Origin: an uncultured Spirochaetota bacterium
GTDB lineage: Bacteria > Spirochaetota > Spirochaetia > SZUA-6 > Fen-1364
Direction of reading: 5' to 3'
Length of the DNA: 64,000 bases
NCBI GenBank assembly: GCA_963745235.1
Contig: CAVUXE010000052.1
Location: 32,001 to 96,000, forward strand
Shown here: piece after piece, positions 29,149 through 38,292 of the stretch
Position numbering within the stretch: the stretch's first letter is position 1
Layout: each line of letters opens with the position of its first letter
Translations under genes and position numbers: made by a program
Notes under the pieces: generated by a model
What the model was told of the DNA's origin: nothing
Databases searched by the model: none
What the model saw: the letters and a program-made list of their open reading frames with translations, nothing else

Positions 29149-30018
29149 ATGATCGACCTGCACACGCACTCCACGGCGTCCGACGGATCCTGCGCGCCGC
29201 AGAAACTCATCGAGCTGGCGCTGGAGGCCGGGCTCACCGCGCTGGCGCTCACGGACCATGACACGCTGGATGGAGTTACCGCGGCGCGTTCCCGGGCCTC
29301 CGGGTCCGGACTGCGCTTCGTTGCCGGAGTCGAGATCGAGATAGACTGGGACGCCGAGGCCACCCGACCACCGGCTTCAGCAGGAGAGTTCCACCTCCTT
29401 GGCCTGGGGCTTTCCGATCACCGGGACGGGCTGGAGGAAGCCCTGGTGCGCCTGCGGGAGGCGCGTCACCAGCGGAACCTGCGGATGGTGGAGAAGCTTC
29501 AGCGGGACGGCATTTCCGTTTCCATGGAAGAGCTCACCGAGATGGCGGGCGGGACGGTGGTAAGCCGCGCCCATTTTGCCCGGCTGTTCGTGCGCAAGAA
29601 AGTGGTGAGCTCCATCGACGCGGCATTCTCCCGCCTCATCGGGAAGGGCCAGGCCTACTACGAACCGCGCGCCTGCCTCGTGCTGGATGAGGCCGCCCGG
29701 CTCATCCATCTGGCCGGCGGGATAGCAGTGGTTGCGCACCCCATCTCCCTCGGATTGAAAGGCCCTGCCCTTCGTCAGTTTCTGTCCTCCTGCAAGGACC
29801 GGGGCGTTGACGGCCTGGAGGCCTGGCACCCCAACCAACCCCTGCGGGAAAGCAGGCGGTTCCAGGGTCTGGCCGCGAGCCTTGGCCTGCTCGTCACCGG
29901 GGGGTCGGATTTCCACGGCGAGCACATACCCCAGAGAAAACTTGGCTTCGCTGCTTCCGGACGAGCCATTCCGGATGAGCTTCTCACGTCTCTTCCATTG
30001 CAACTGGCGCCCGGCTGA
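29149..30018 (+). CDS. PHP-domain phosphoesterase (TrpH/YciV-like)
   Basis: IDLHTHSTASDG, LALTDHDT, GVEI, HLLGL, VAHP, TGGSDFHG. Confidence 0.92.
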   Translation: MIDLHTHSTASDGSCAPQKLIELALEAGLTALALTDHDTLDGVTAARSRASGSGLRFVAGVEIEIDWDAEATRPPASAGEFHLLGLGLSDHRDGLEEALVRLREARHQRNLRMVEKLQRDGISVSMEELTEMAGGTVVSRAHFARLFVRKKVVSSIDAAFSRLIGKGQAYYEPRACLVLDEAARLIHLAGGIAVVAHPISLGLKGPALRQFLSSCKDRGVDGLEAWHPNQPLRESRRFQGLAASLGLLVTGGSDFHGEHIPQRKLGFAASGRAIPDELLTSLPLQLAPG

Positions 30019-30026
30019 ACTATACT
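29998..30026 (+). promoter_or_regulatory. Sigma70-type promoter of the second Mla operon (leaderless geometry)
   Basis: TTGCAA-17-TATACT, 6 nt before TTG 30033 and 9 nt before ATG 30036. Confidence 0.65.
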
Positions 30027-30035
30027 GCCAGCTTG

Positions 30036-30812
30036 ATGGTCGAGGCTCTCGGCAGGTGGGCAGGTCGGAAAGCGAGGGACTACTCCTATGCCCTGGGCTT
30101 CTTTTTTCTCGTGCTCAGGGAAACCGCCCTCTTCATCCGGCGGAGGCAGGTGGCATTCCGTGTGCTGGTGCTGCAGATCCTGTTCACCGGCGTGGAGGCC
30201 CTGAGCGTCGTTTCCCTGATTGCCCTTTCCATCGGGGCGGTCATCATTGTAGAAGGCGGCACGATCCTGCCGCGCTTCGGGCAGACGAACCTCGTCTACT
30301 CGATCCTCATCGTCGTGATCACGCGGGAGCTCGGGCCCATCCTGACCGCCTTCATCATCACCGCGCGTTCGGGCACGGCCATTGCCACCGAGCTGGGCAA
30401 CATGGTGGTCTCCCACGAAGTAGAGGCGTATGTCTCCGTGGGGATCAGCCCCATCTCGTACCTCGTGGTTCCCCGGGTCCTCGGGGTCACCATATCCATG
30501 ATCGCGTTGACCATCTATTTCAACTTCTTCGGCCTGTTCGGCTCCTACCTCGTGTCGCAGCTGGTGAAACCCGTGCCGCTGCTGGAGTACTTCCGCGCGC
30601 TCCTGCGGGCGCTGCAGCTTCGGGACCTCGTGTCTACCCTCGTGAAGAGCTGCGTGTTCGGGGTGATCGTCTCCGTCGTAGCCACGTTCCAGGGATTCAA
30701 GGTCGGCACCTCGGTCACCGAGATCCCGCGCGCGGCCATCAAGGCGGTCGGGCAGGGGTTTGTCCTCTGCTTCCTGGCTGACGCGCTGATCACCCTGGTT
30801 TCCTACGTGTGA
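30036..30812 (+). CDS. mlaE: MlaE-family ABC permease (system 2)
   Basis: RELGPILTAFIITARSGTAIATELGNM...EVEA...GISPISYLVVPRV. Confidence 0.9.
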   Translation: MVEALGRWAGRKARDYSYALGFFFLVLRETALFIRRRQVAFRVLVLQILFTGVEALSVVSLIALSIGAVIIVEGGTILPRFGQTNLVYSILIVVITRELGPILTAFIITARSGTAIATELGNMVVSHEVEAYVSVGISPISYLVVPRVLGVTISMIALTIYFNFFGLFGSYLVSQLVKPVPLLEYFRALLRALQLRDLVSTLVKSCVFGVIVSVVATFQGFKVGTSVTEIPRAAIKAVGQGFVLCFLADALITLVSYV

Positions 30813-30819
30813 GCTTCCG

Positions 30820-31626
30820 ATGGAAGAAAAAACCGGCAATCTGATCAGCCTCGAAGATGTCACGGTTCACCTTGGCGGCCGTGACGTGCTGCGGCAGGTC
30901 ACCCTCTCCCTCCCGGCCGGCAGGAGCACCGTGATCATGGGGCGCTCCGGCAGCGGCAAGAGCACCCTCCTCAAGACGGCGGCGGGCCTGATCCCACCGG
31001 ACTCGGGCAGGGTGTTTTTCGAGGGGAAGGACATGTCCCTCCTGTCCGAAGGCGGGATGCGCGAGCTGCGCAAGCGCAGCGGGTTCGTCTTCCAGGACGG
31101 CGCGCTCTGGGAGAACAAGACTCTCATGGAGAACCTCGCGCTTCCCCTCCAGGTGCATTTCCCCGAGCTGCATGAGGCAGAGGTCCAGAGACGGGTCGTG
31201 CGGGCCCTGGAACGCGTGGAGCTGGAGGAAAGCGCGGAGCTGCGCCCCGTGGCGCTATCCGGGGGAGAGAAGAAGATCGCCTCCTTCCTGAGGGCGCTCA
31301 TCACCGAGCCAGCCGTCCTGTTCATGGACGAGCCGACCCTTTCCATCGACCACACCATGGAGGAACGGGTCACGCGGATGATTGCCGATGCAAAGGCACG
31401 GGGATGCGCCATCATTGCCGTCACGCACGACCCCCGGCTGACGTCCACCCTTGCCGACCAGCTGGTCATCATGGATGCGGGGACCGTTCGGGAGACGGGA
31501 GACTTCGACACGGTGAAGCGAAGCCGGGACGTCCGCACCAGGGAGATCCTGGCGGAAGTGCTCGGGGAGATCGCTTCCTATGACACCGATCTCCTTGCGC
31601 TCCTGGACGAAGACAGGCCGGAATGA
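30820..31626 (+). CDS. mlaF: MlaF-like ABC ATPase (system 2)
   Basis: GRSGSGKST, GFVFQDGALW, LSGGEKK, LFMDEPT, VTHD. Confidence 0.88.
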   Translation: MEEKTGNLISLEDVTVHLGGRDVLRQVTLSLPAGRSTVIMGRSGSGKSTLLKTAAGLIPPDSGRVFFEGKDMSLLSEGGMRELRKRSGFVFQDGALWENKTLMENLALPLQVHFPELHEAEVQRRVVRALERVELEESAELRPVALSGGEKKIASFLRALITEPAVLFMDEPTLSIDHTMEERVTRMIADAKARGCAIIAVTHDPRLTSTLADQLVIMDAGTVRETGDFDTVKRSRDVRTREILAEVLGEIASYDTDLLALLDEDRPE

Positions 31627-31642
31627 AGCCACAGGAGGGATC

Positions 31643-32773
31643 ATGAAGCTCAGGATCCGGTTCGCGGAGCAGGTGGTCGGGGTGTTCGTGCTCCTCGCCA
31701 TTGTCGGCGTCGGCGTCATTCTGGTTTTCATCGGGGTCAACCAGCGGTGGTTCGCGCGCAACTACTCCTTCACGAGCAAGTTCGCTTCCGGGGAAGGATT
31801 GGCTGTCGGCATGCCGATCACTCTGAAAGGCTTCGAGATCGGAAGGATCTCCCGCATCTCCCTGGATCCCCAGAACGAGGTTGACGCGCGGTTCTACGTC
31901 CAGGACACCTACTATGACAGGGTCCACAAGTATTCCGTCCTGGAGCTTGCCACGAGCCCCATCGGGCTTGGCGTGTCGCTGAAGTTTCACTCCGGCAAGG
32001 ACCAGGGCCCGCCGCTCCCCGAGATGTCGTTCATTCCGTCCCTTGATTCCAGGGAAGGGCGGGAGCTGGTGGACAAGGGGCTGGTGGACATCCCCAAAGG
32101 GGAGGACGTGATCGGCTCCGTGATATCGAAGCTCAATCCCATCCTTGACGAGACGCGCATGACAATCTCGGAGATCAGGCACATGGCAGGCACGCTGGAC
32201 GCAGCCATGAGCGGCCGCGGGGGCGGACCGGTGGGGGACATGGTCGTGGACCTCTCCGCGACGCCGGCAAAGGTGAACAAGGCGGTGGACGGGGTATCGG
32301 TGAGGGTCAACACCCTTCTTGACAAGCTGGCGGTGATCTCGGACAACCTCCAGGACATCACGGTCAAGACGCGGGGTGTGATCGGGGACCTGTCCACCAA
32401 CCTCGACGAGATATCGCAAAACGTCAAGGACATGACAGCAGATCTGAAAAATACGCAGGGGCTCGCGAAACGGCTCATTGACCCCAAGGGCTCCATTGAT
32501 ACATTCCTGAATGACCAGAACCAGCTGTACAACCAGGTGGAGGACTCCATCAAGAACGCGGACCAGATCATCGCCCAGATGAGAAGCTTCATGGAGTTCG
32601 TCAACGGAACGCGCCCGCAGATATCGAGTGTCCTTGAAAAGGGGAGCGCCGCCCTGGATACGGGCAAGGACGTCCTGGAAGCCGCGAAAAACAACCCGCT
32701 CCTGAGGGGAGGTGTCCCCAAGAAGACCGAGCCGCCCGACCTTCTGAAGGGCTACCGGGACGAGGACTTCTGA
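31643..32773 (+). CDS. mlaD: MlaD/MCE-domain protein with long helical tail (system 2)
   Basis: EQVVGVFVLL TM, FASGEGLAVGMPITLKGFEIGRI, C-terminal KNNPLLRGGVP; AGGAGG RBS. Confidence 0.88.
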   Translation: MKLRIRFAEQVVGVFVLLAIVGVGVILVFIGVNQRWFARNYSFTSKFASGEGLAVGMPITLKGFEIGRISRISLDPQNEVDARFYVQDTYYDRVHKYSVLELATSPIGLGVSLKFHSGKDQGPPLPEMSFIPSLDSREGRELVDKGLVDIPKGEDVIGSVISKLNPILDETRMTISEIRHMAGTLDAAMSGRGGGPVGDMVVDLSATPAKVNKAVDGVSVRVNTLLDKLAVISDNLQDITVKTRGVIGDLSTNLDEISQNVKDMTADLKNTQGLAKRLIDPKGSIDTFLNDQNQLYNQVEDSIKNADQIIAQMRSFMEFVNGTRPQISSVLEKGSAALDTGKDVLEAAKNNPLLRGGVPKKTEPPDLLKGYRDEDF

Positions 32774-33708
32774 TGAGACCGGCGCGTTTTGCAGTCTGCG
32801 GCCTCGCGGGCGCGGTGCTGGTGACGGCGGCCCTCTCCTGCTCGTCCGCCCCGCCCAAGAGTGACACCGTCACGGACGTCAAGAACCAGGCAATCGATGC
32901 CACGGTGTCGGGGCAGCAATACTACAGCCAGGGACGCTATGACCTCGCGCTGCAGTTCTTCACGCAGGCGTTGAACGACAACGCCTCAGTGGACAACGTT
33001 GACGGGGTCATCAAGGCGCGGATTTCCATTGGGCAGGTGTATCTTGCCACAGGCCAGGTGGATGCCGCGGAGGACATGCTGATCCGGGCCAGGGAACAGG
33101 CTCGCGCTCGGAGCCTGTCGCTTTTCATCGATTCATCCATCAGCCTTGGTGAGCTCTATCTCGAAAAGGAAGACCCGCAGAAGGCCCTGCCCGTCTTTCA
33201 AGAGGTCGTTGATACCCCTCAGGCGCAGCCGACCCCTGCCCAGACAGGCGTCCTGTATCATGACATCGGGTCCGCGTGGAAGGGCATGGGCGATATGGCG
33301 AAGGCCCTCGACTGGCTGTCCCGGTCACTCCAGAGCAATCTTTCCCACAAGCTCCTGGAGGAGGCTGCCGCGGACTACTACATGATCGCTTCAGTCCACT
33401 CCAAGCAGGGGGATTTCCCCGACGCCTTGAGCAACGCGCAGAAGGCCCTGGAGCTGGACAAGAAGGTCGAAAGCTCTCCGGGGATCGCGAAGGACCTCTT
33501 TGCCCTCGGGCTCATCTCGTCACGAAAGGGTGACGCGGCAGCCGCGTACGACTACTTCCAGCGCTCCTACGGCGTTTTTGCCACTCTCGGCCAAAAAACC
33601 GGGATGAAGAAGAGCCTGACCGAGCTGATCTCCATCGCGGAAGGGCTGGGCAGAACAGAAGAAGCGCAAGGCTACCGGCAGGCGCTCCAGAGGGCGGGAG
33701 CCCAGTGA
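32773..33708 (+). CDS. TPR lipoprotein
   Basis: Lipobox-like AALSC followed by multiple TPR-like helices. Confidence 0.82.
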   Translation: MRPARFAVCGLAGAVLVTAALSCSSAPPKSDTVTDVKNQAIDATVSGQQYYSQGRYDLALQFFTQALNDNASVDNVDGVIKARISIGQVYLATGQVDAAEDMLIRAREQARARSLSLFIDSSISLGELYLEKEDPQKALPVFQEVVDTPQAQPTPAQTGVLYHDIGSAWKGMGDMAKALDWLSRSLQSNLSHKLLEEAAADYYMIASVHSKQGDFPDALSNAQKALELDKKVESSPGIAKDLFALGLISSRKGDAAAAYDYFQRSYGVFATLGQKTGMKKSLTELISIAEGLGRTEEAQGYRQALQRAGAQ

Positions 33709-34175
33709 ACCGCGAGCTTCGATCCCTTGTCCGCTCCTGGGGGGAGCTTGGCCAGAAGATAGGCTTCTTCCTCCTGCTCGTCCTGGGAAGCGCCGCGGTG
33801 GGCGCGGCAATTGCCTGGCCGCTGTGGTACTTTGCCACCTCTGCCCGGCGCGCATATACCGCGTTCGCGCTCATCCTTGCGGCCGCGGGCGTGGTCTTCC
33901 TGATCGTCCGCGCAATCCTCAGGGCCCGCGGCGCCCCCCGTGAGACGGCGGGCCCTCGACGCTCCGCGCTCTCAGGTTTCCTTGCTCTTGTCCAGGCAAT
34001 CGTTCTCCTCGCGGGGCTGTACCTGGCAGCGGTGTTGTTCTTCCACGGCGTGTGGATCTTCGCCGTGCCCCTTGTCCTGGTGTGCGCAGCACTGCTCGTC
34101 CTCCTGGGGCTGGCCCGGCGCGCCGCAAAGGCGTCCAGACCCCGGTCGATCCTGCCGAAAATCAGAAAAGAGTGA
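33705..34175 (+). CDS. Small four-TM membrane protein
   Basis: Four hydrophobic segments; translationally coupled to both neighbours. Confidence 0.7.
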   Translation: MNRELRSLVRSWGELGQKIGFFLLLVLGSAAVGAAIAWPLWYFATSARRAYTAFALILAAAGVVFLIVRAILRARGAPRETAGPRRSALSGFLALVQAIVLLAGLYLAAVLFFHGVWIFAVPLVLVCAALLVLLGLARRAAKASRPRSILPKIRKE

Positions 34176-35088
34176 GTCGAAAGCCCCGGTTCTTCAGTCT
34201 TTTCCTGTTCCTCGTGATGGCGGCGCGGGCCGGCGCGGCTGACTATCCGCAGATCCGCGTGTTGAGCTCTGATGATCCTCTCTTCGTTCAGCACCAATCG
34301 GAGCTGGAGGACTACTATCGCGCGGCCAGGGCGCGGGAGCCCGGTGCTCTGCCCCCGCTCAGCATATTCGAATACCGGACGCGCGCCGGTGAGGACCTTT
34401 TTTCCGTCAACGCCCGCCTGGGTCTCCCCTATGACACCCTTGCGACACTCAACGGTGTGACCAGCAAGGAGGCGTTCGACTCCCCCGGCAGATCCTGATC
34501 GCCAACCAGGCCGGGCTTTTCGTCAATAACCCTCCGCGCTCGGCCCTTGAAGACATGATGCTCTCAACGCTGCGGGCCAGCGGGAAGACCCCGCAGAAGC
34601 TGGTTGTTCTGCGCCAGGGACGAGGATTCCCCGTTCTGTTTTTTCCCGGTGAGCAGTTCACCCCGATCGAGCGGGCGTACTTCCTGGGCATCCTGTTCGA
34701 GTTCCCTATTGCGCGGGGCCACATCACCTCGTTGTTCGGCCCACGCAAAGACCCCTTCACGGGAAAGGCAGAGTTTCATACGGGCATCGACATCGGCGCG
34801 CCGGACGGCACCGAAGTGCACGCGGCCCGCGACGGCGTGGTTTCAGAGGCGGGACGCGACGAGGGGTTGGGCAATTTCGTCGTCCTGGACCATCCCGGGG
34901 GCTACCAGACCGTCTATGGACACCTGTCGGTGATTGGTGTTACTATGAATGAGAAGGTGAGCGCGGGGTTCGTGCTTGGCGCGGTGGGGCACACGGGCCG
35001 GGCCACGGGGCCGCACCTGCACTTCGAGGTGAAGAGAAAAGGAAGAGTCACGGATCCTTTTCCGCTGCTCGCTGTCAGAAAAGATTAA
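34172..35088 (+). CDS. LysM plus M23 peptidoglycan endopeptidase; frameshift near 34483
   Basis: Signal peptide, LysM-like YRTRAGEDLFSVNARLGLPYDTLATLN, then ITSLFGPRKDPF, HTGIDI, YGHL, ATGPHLHFEV. Confidence 0.87.
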
Positions 35089-35118
35089 AGTTTCCGGAGG
35101 TACAGGGACGATAATAAA

Positions 35119-35217
35119 GGTGTTGGTGTCCAAGATATAGTTCCCCTCCCAGTTTACTATATTGGACGACACCACACCAGGCAGGCCGGCTCCTTCGGGG
35201 GTCGGCCTCTTTTTTTT
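35119..35217 (+). ncRNA. Candidate small regulatory RNA (long hairpin with CU-rich loop plus terminator)
   Basis: Arm 35119-35141 pairs with 35156-35178; loop TCCCCTCCCAGTTT; upstream TAAAGTTT...GACGATAA. Confidence 0.45.
35183..35217 (+). terminator. Rho-independent terminator
   Basis: AGGCCGGCTCC-TTCG-GGGGTCGGCCT stem with UUCG tetraloop, then C and a T8 tract. Confidence 0.9.
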
Positions 35218-35345
35218 GCGCGAGTCTTCGCTTCGCGTCTTCGCTGCGCCCCTTCCCGCCGATTGCGCGCGTCGGCGTGTGCAGGTTCTGGGCGTTGCAG
35301 TTTCCCTCTTGCGACTGGCGCGTTGACAGTGACTGCCGTGCTCCA

Positions 35346-35374
35346 TTGACAAAGGTTACGCCGGTTCTTATCAT
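35346..35374 (+). promoter_or_regulatory. Sigma70-type promoter giving a leaderless PBP1A mRNA
   Basis: TTGACA-17-TATCAT, 6 nt before GTG 35381; no SD. Confidence 0.75.
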
Positions 35375-35380
35375 TTTCCC

Positions 35381-37855
35381 GTGCGTCAAACCCCCCGCAA
35401 AAGGTCCCTCTTCGAGATATTGCTGATCTCGGCTTTCGCCGTGGCTGTCCTGCTCGGCGTTTCCCTTGGTCTTGCCCTTGCGGCTACCCGGAACATCTCG
35501 AGGAAAGAACAGTTCGGCGACCACAAGCCGGCTCTTCCCACCCGGATCCTGGACATCAAGGACAGGGAGATCACCGAGTTCTTCGGTGACCAGAACCGGG
35601 AGCTGGTCACGATTGACCAGATCCCGCAGCACCTCATTGACGCGCTGCTCACGCGGGAGGACCGCAACTTTTTTTCTCACCATGGATTCAGCCTCCACGG
35701 GCTCCTGCGCGCGCTCTTCAATATCGTGACGGGCCAGTACGTCTCGGGGGCCAGTACGCTGACCCAGCAGCTGGCGGGGCGGCTGTACGCGGACCGGTCG
35801 GACATCTCCATTCGCCGAAAGCTCGTGGAGCTGTGGTGGGCAATCCAGATGGAGCGCAGGTACACCAAGCAGGAGATCCTGCAGATGTACCTCAACGAGA
35901 TGCCCTTCGGCCACAACACGCAGGGTGTGCAGGCGGCCAGCAAGTTCTTCTTCAAGCACCCCGTGCAGGAGGACACGCTGGCGGAGTCCGTCATGCTCGT
36001 GATCCAGCTGGCCAAGCCGGGCCTGTACTCCCCCTTCAAGAACCCGCAGCGCGCCCGCAAGCTGCAGCGTCTTGTGCTGGACCAGATGGTCGGCCTGGGA
36101 TACGTCACGAAAAAGGAGGCTGATTCTTCTTTCGACGAGTACTGGTCGAAATACGACTACACACGGGGGAACAGCACCGCCTACTTCGAGAGAGAGGACA
36201 AGGCGCCCTGGTTCAGCGAATACATCCGCAATCAGCTCGACGAGCTGCTCTTTGGCTCCTATGACGTCCTCACGGACGGACTGGTGGTCCACACCACGCT
36301 GAACCTCGATTACCAGAGCATCGCGGAAGACCGCATGAAGAAAGACCTCGAGGAGGTCAACAACCGCTACCTCGCTCTTTCCAACAGCCGCATCAACTTT
36401 TCCAACGCGCAGTTCCTGCCCATGATCGACATGCTGGGGCTGGGGTTCAACATCGACGACCTGATGTACCGCAACAGGAACGCCAGCGGGAACGCGAAGC
36501 GCCTGTATGCGAAGAGCATCACCCCCGTAGTTGAGCTTCTCACGTCCCTGTTTTCCATGAACCGCCCCCAGGACATCGTTGCGGCTGGAAACGAGGCCTC
36601 GCTCAACGTGACCCGCCGAACCCAGGTGGAGGGAGCGCTCGTCAGCATCGACCCGAGCAACGGTTATATCCTTGCCATGGTCGGCGGCAAGGAGTTCGGC
36701 GTGGACCAGTTCAACAGGGCAACCATGGCGAAGGTGGAGCCCGGCTCCGCGTTCAAGCCGCTGTACTACTCAGCGGCAATAGATTCCCGCAAGTTCACCC
36801 CCGCCACCATGATCCTCGACGCCCCCGTGGTGTTCACCAATCCTGACGGAACGCTGTACGAGCCCCTCAACTACAAGGGGGAGTGGCATGGGCGCGTCCT
36901 GATGCGGGACGCCCTTGCTGAATCCATGAACGTCCCGTCCTTGAAGATCCTGGACGGGATCGGCTTCGATGCCGCAATCCAGCGAGCCAGCCGGATGCTC
37001 GGGATCACCGACCCGGCGGAGATCGAGAAGACCTTCCCCCGCTACTATCCCCTCGGGCTGGGCGTCATCACGGTCTCCCCGCTGCAGATGGCCAGGGCGT
37101 TTTCCACCTTTCCCAACGGGGGACGGGAGGTGGTGCCGGTTGCCATCCGGTACATCGAAGACCGCAACGGCAAGATCATCCTTGAGCCCGCAAAGGAGAT
37201 CATGGCCCAGGAGAGTCGCAAGGGGGATTCCGCGCAGATCATGAGCCCGCAGACCGCGTACATCATGACGAGCATGCTCCAGAGCACCATCAAGGAAGGG
37301 ACCCTTGGCGGCGTGGCCTCCCTGCTGGACATCTGGAGCGACAAGAACCAGCCCTTTGCCGGCAAGACAGGGACCACGCAGAACTGGTCTGATGCCTGGA
37401 CCGTCGGCTTTTCCCCCTACATGACAACTGCCGTCTGGTACGGCTTCGACCAGGGCAACCGGTCGCTCGGCACCGAAATGACGGGGGCCGCAATCGCCGG
37501 GCCCACGTGGGCGAAGTACATGAAGGACGTGCACAAGAACCTGCCGGTCAGGCCCTTCGACCGGCCGGAGAGCGGCCTGGTGAGCGTGGAGGTCAGCGCG
37601 ACCTCGGGCCTGCTGCCCACCGCGTTTACGAAGAAGACCATCAAGGAGATCTTCCTTGCCGGCACGGAGCCCAAGGCGTTCGACGAGATCGACGAATACA
37701 ATGCGAACCGCGCCGAAACGATCGAGGACAACCTGAGGAAGTCTCTCATCAATTCGAACATAGGCGGCGGGGATACAACCGTTGCCCCCATTGACGTGCC
37801 GGCGCCCGACGCGAGCACCCCCACCACGGGCAAGGGCAACCCCCTTCTGGACTGA
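35381..37855 (+). CDS. Class A penicillin-binding protein (PBP1A family)
   Basis: TG motifs EDRNFFSHHG, GASTLTQQL, RKLVE, KQEILQMYLN; TP motifs PGSAFKP, SMN, GKTGTT. Confidence 0.95.
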   Translation: MRQTPRKRSLFEILLISAFAVAVLLGVSLGLALAATRNISRKEQFGDHKPALPTRILDIKDREITEFFGDQNRELVTIDQIPQHLIDALLTREDRNFFSHHGFSLHGLLRALFNIVTGQYVSGASTLTQQLAGRLYADRSDISIRRKLVELWWAIQMERRYTKQEILQMYLNEMPFGHNTQGVQAASKFFFKHPVQEDTLAESVMLVIQLAKPGLYSPFKNPQRARKLQRLVLDQMVGLGYVTKKEADSSFDEYWSKYDYTRGNSTAYFEREDKAPWFSEYIRNQLDELLFGSYDVLTDGLVVHTTLNLDYQSIAEDRMKKDLEEVNNRYLALSNSRINFSNAQFLPMIDMLGLGFNIDDLMYRNRNASGNAKRLYAKSITPVVELLTSLFSMNRPQDIVAAGNEASLNVTRRTQVEGALVSIDPSNGYILAMVGGKEFGVDQFNRATMAKVEPGSAFKPLYYSAAIDSRKFTPATMILDAPVVFTNPDGTLYEPLNYKGEWHGRVLMRDALAESMNVPSLKILDGIGFDAAIQRASRMLGITDPAEIEKTFPRYYPLGLGVITVSPLQMARAFSTFPNGGREVVPVAIRYIEDRNGKIILEPAKEIMAQESRKGDSAQIMSPQTAYIMTSMLQSTIKEGTLGGVASLLDIWSDKNQPFAGKTGTTQNWSDAWTVGFSPYMTTAVWYGFDQGNRSLGTEMTGAAIAGPTWAKYMKDVHKNLPVRPFDRPESGLVSVEVSATSGLLPTAFTKKTIKEIFLAGTEPKAFDEIDEYNANRAETIEDNLRKSLINSNIGGGDTTVAPIDVPAPDASTPTTGKGNPLLD

Positions 37856-37863
37856 AGCGCGGA

Positions 37864-38253
37864 ATGGAGCCCGCAGGCATGCGGTTGTACACCAGGGACC
37901 ACACGTGGGTCGTCGTCAGCGGGGGCAGGGCCCGGGTGGGGATATCAGACTTTGCGCAGAAAGAGCTCGGGGAGATCGCCTACGTGGAGCTTCCCAAGGT
38001 GGGGAGACGGCTGCAGCGTGGCGAGGTCGGATGTACGGTGGACTCCATGAAGACCTCCAGCGAGGTCTACTCCCCCGTCTCTGGAACCGTTGCCGAGGTG
38101 AACGCCATGGTGGCCACGGAGGAGAGCTGCGGCCTCATCAACAGCGATCCTCTGGGGGATGGGTGGCTGTTCGAGCTGGAAATGGACAATGCCGCCGAGC
38201 TCGATTATCTCCTCCCGGAGAAGGACTACCTCGCCTTCGTCCAAGGCAACTGA
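37864..38253 (+). CDS. gcvH: Glycine cleavage H-like lipoyl carrier protein
   Basis: YTRDHTWV, VGISDFAQKELGEIAYVELP, VDSMK (lipoyl Lys), YSPVSGTV, INSDPLGDGWL. Confidence 0.92.
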   Translation: MEPAGMRLYTRDHTWVVVSGGRARVGISDFAQKELGEIAYVELPKVGRRLQRGEVGCTVDSMKTSSEVYSPVSGTVAEVNAMVATEESCGLINSDPLGDGWLFELEMDNAAELDYLLPEKDYLAFVQGN

Positions 38254-38292
38254 CCTTCTCGGCAAACTGCATTTCTTGGGCGGCGCGCGGAC

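Noticed and set aside
27712-30018. 768-aa ORF as a large PHP fusion
   Set aside because: The upstream part is antisense to aroA; the PHP domain starts at ATG 29149.
34843-35133. Minus-strand GGGAGGGG followed by TTG as a real gene antisense to the M23 peptidase
   Set aside because: It overlaps conserved M23 coding sequence and gives no recognisable product; the plus-strand hairpin and terminator explain the motif better.
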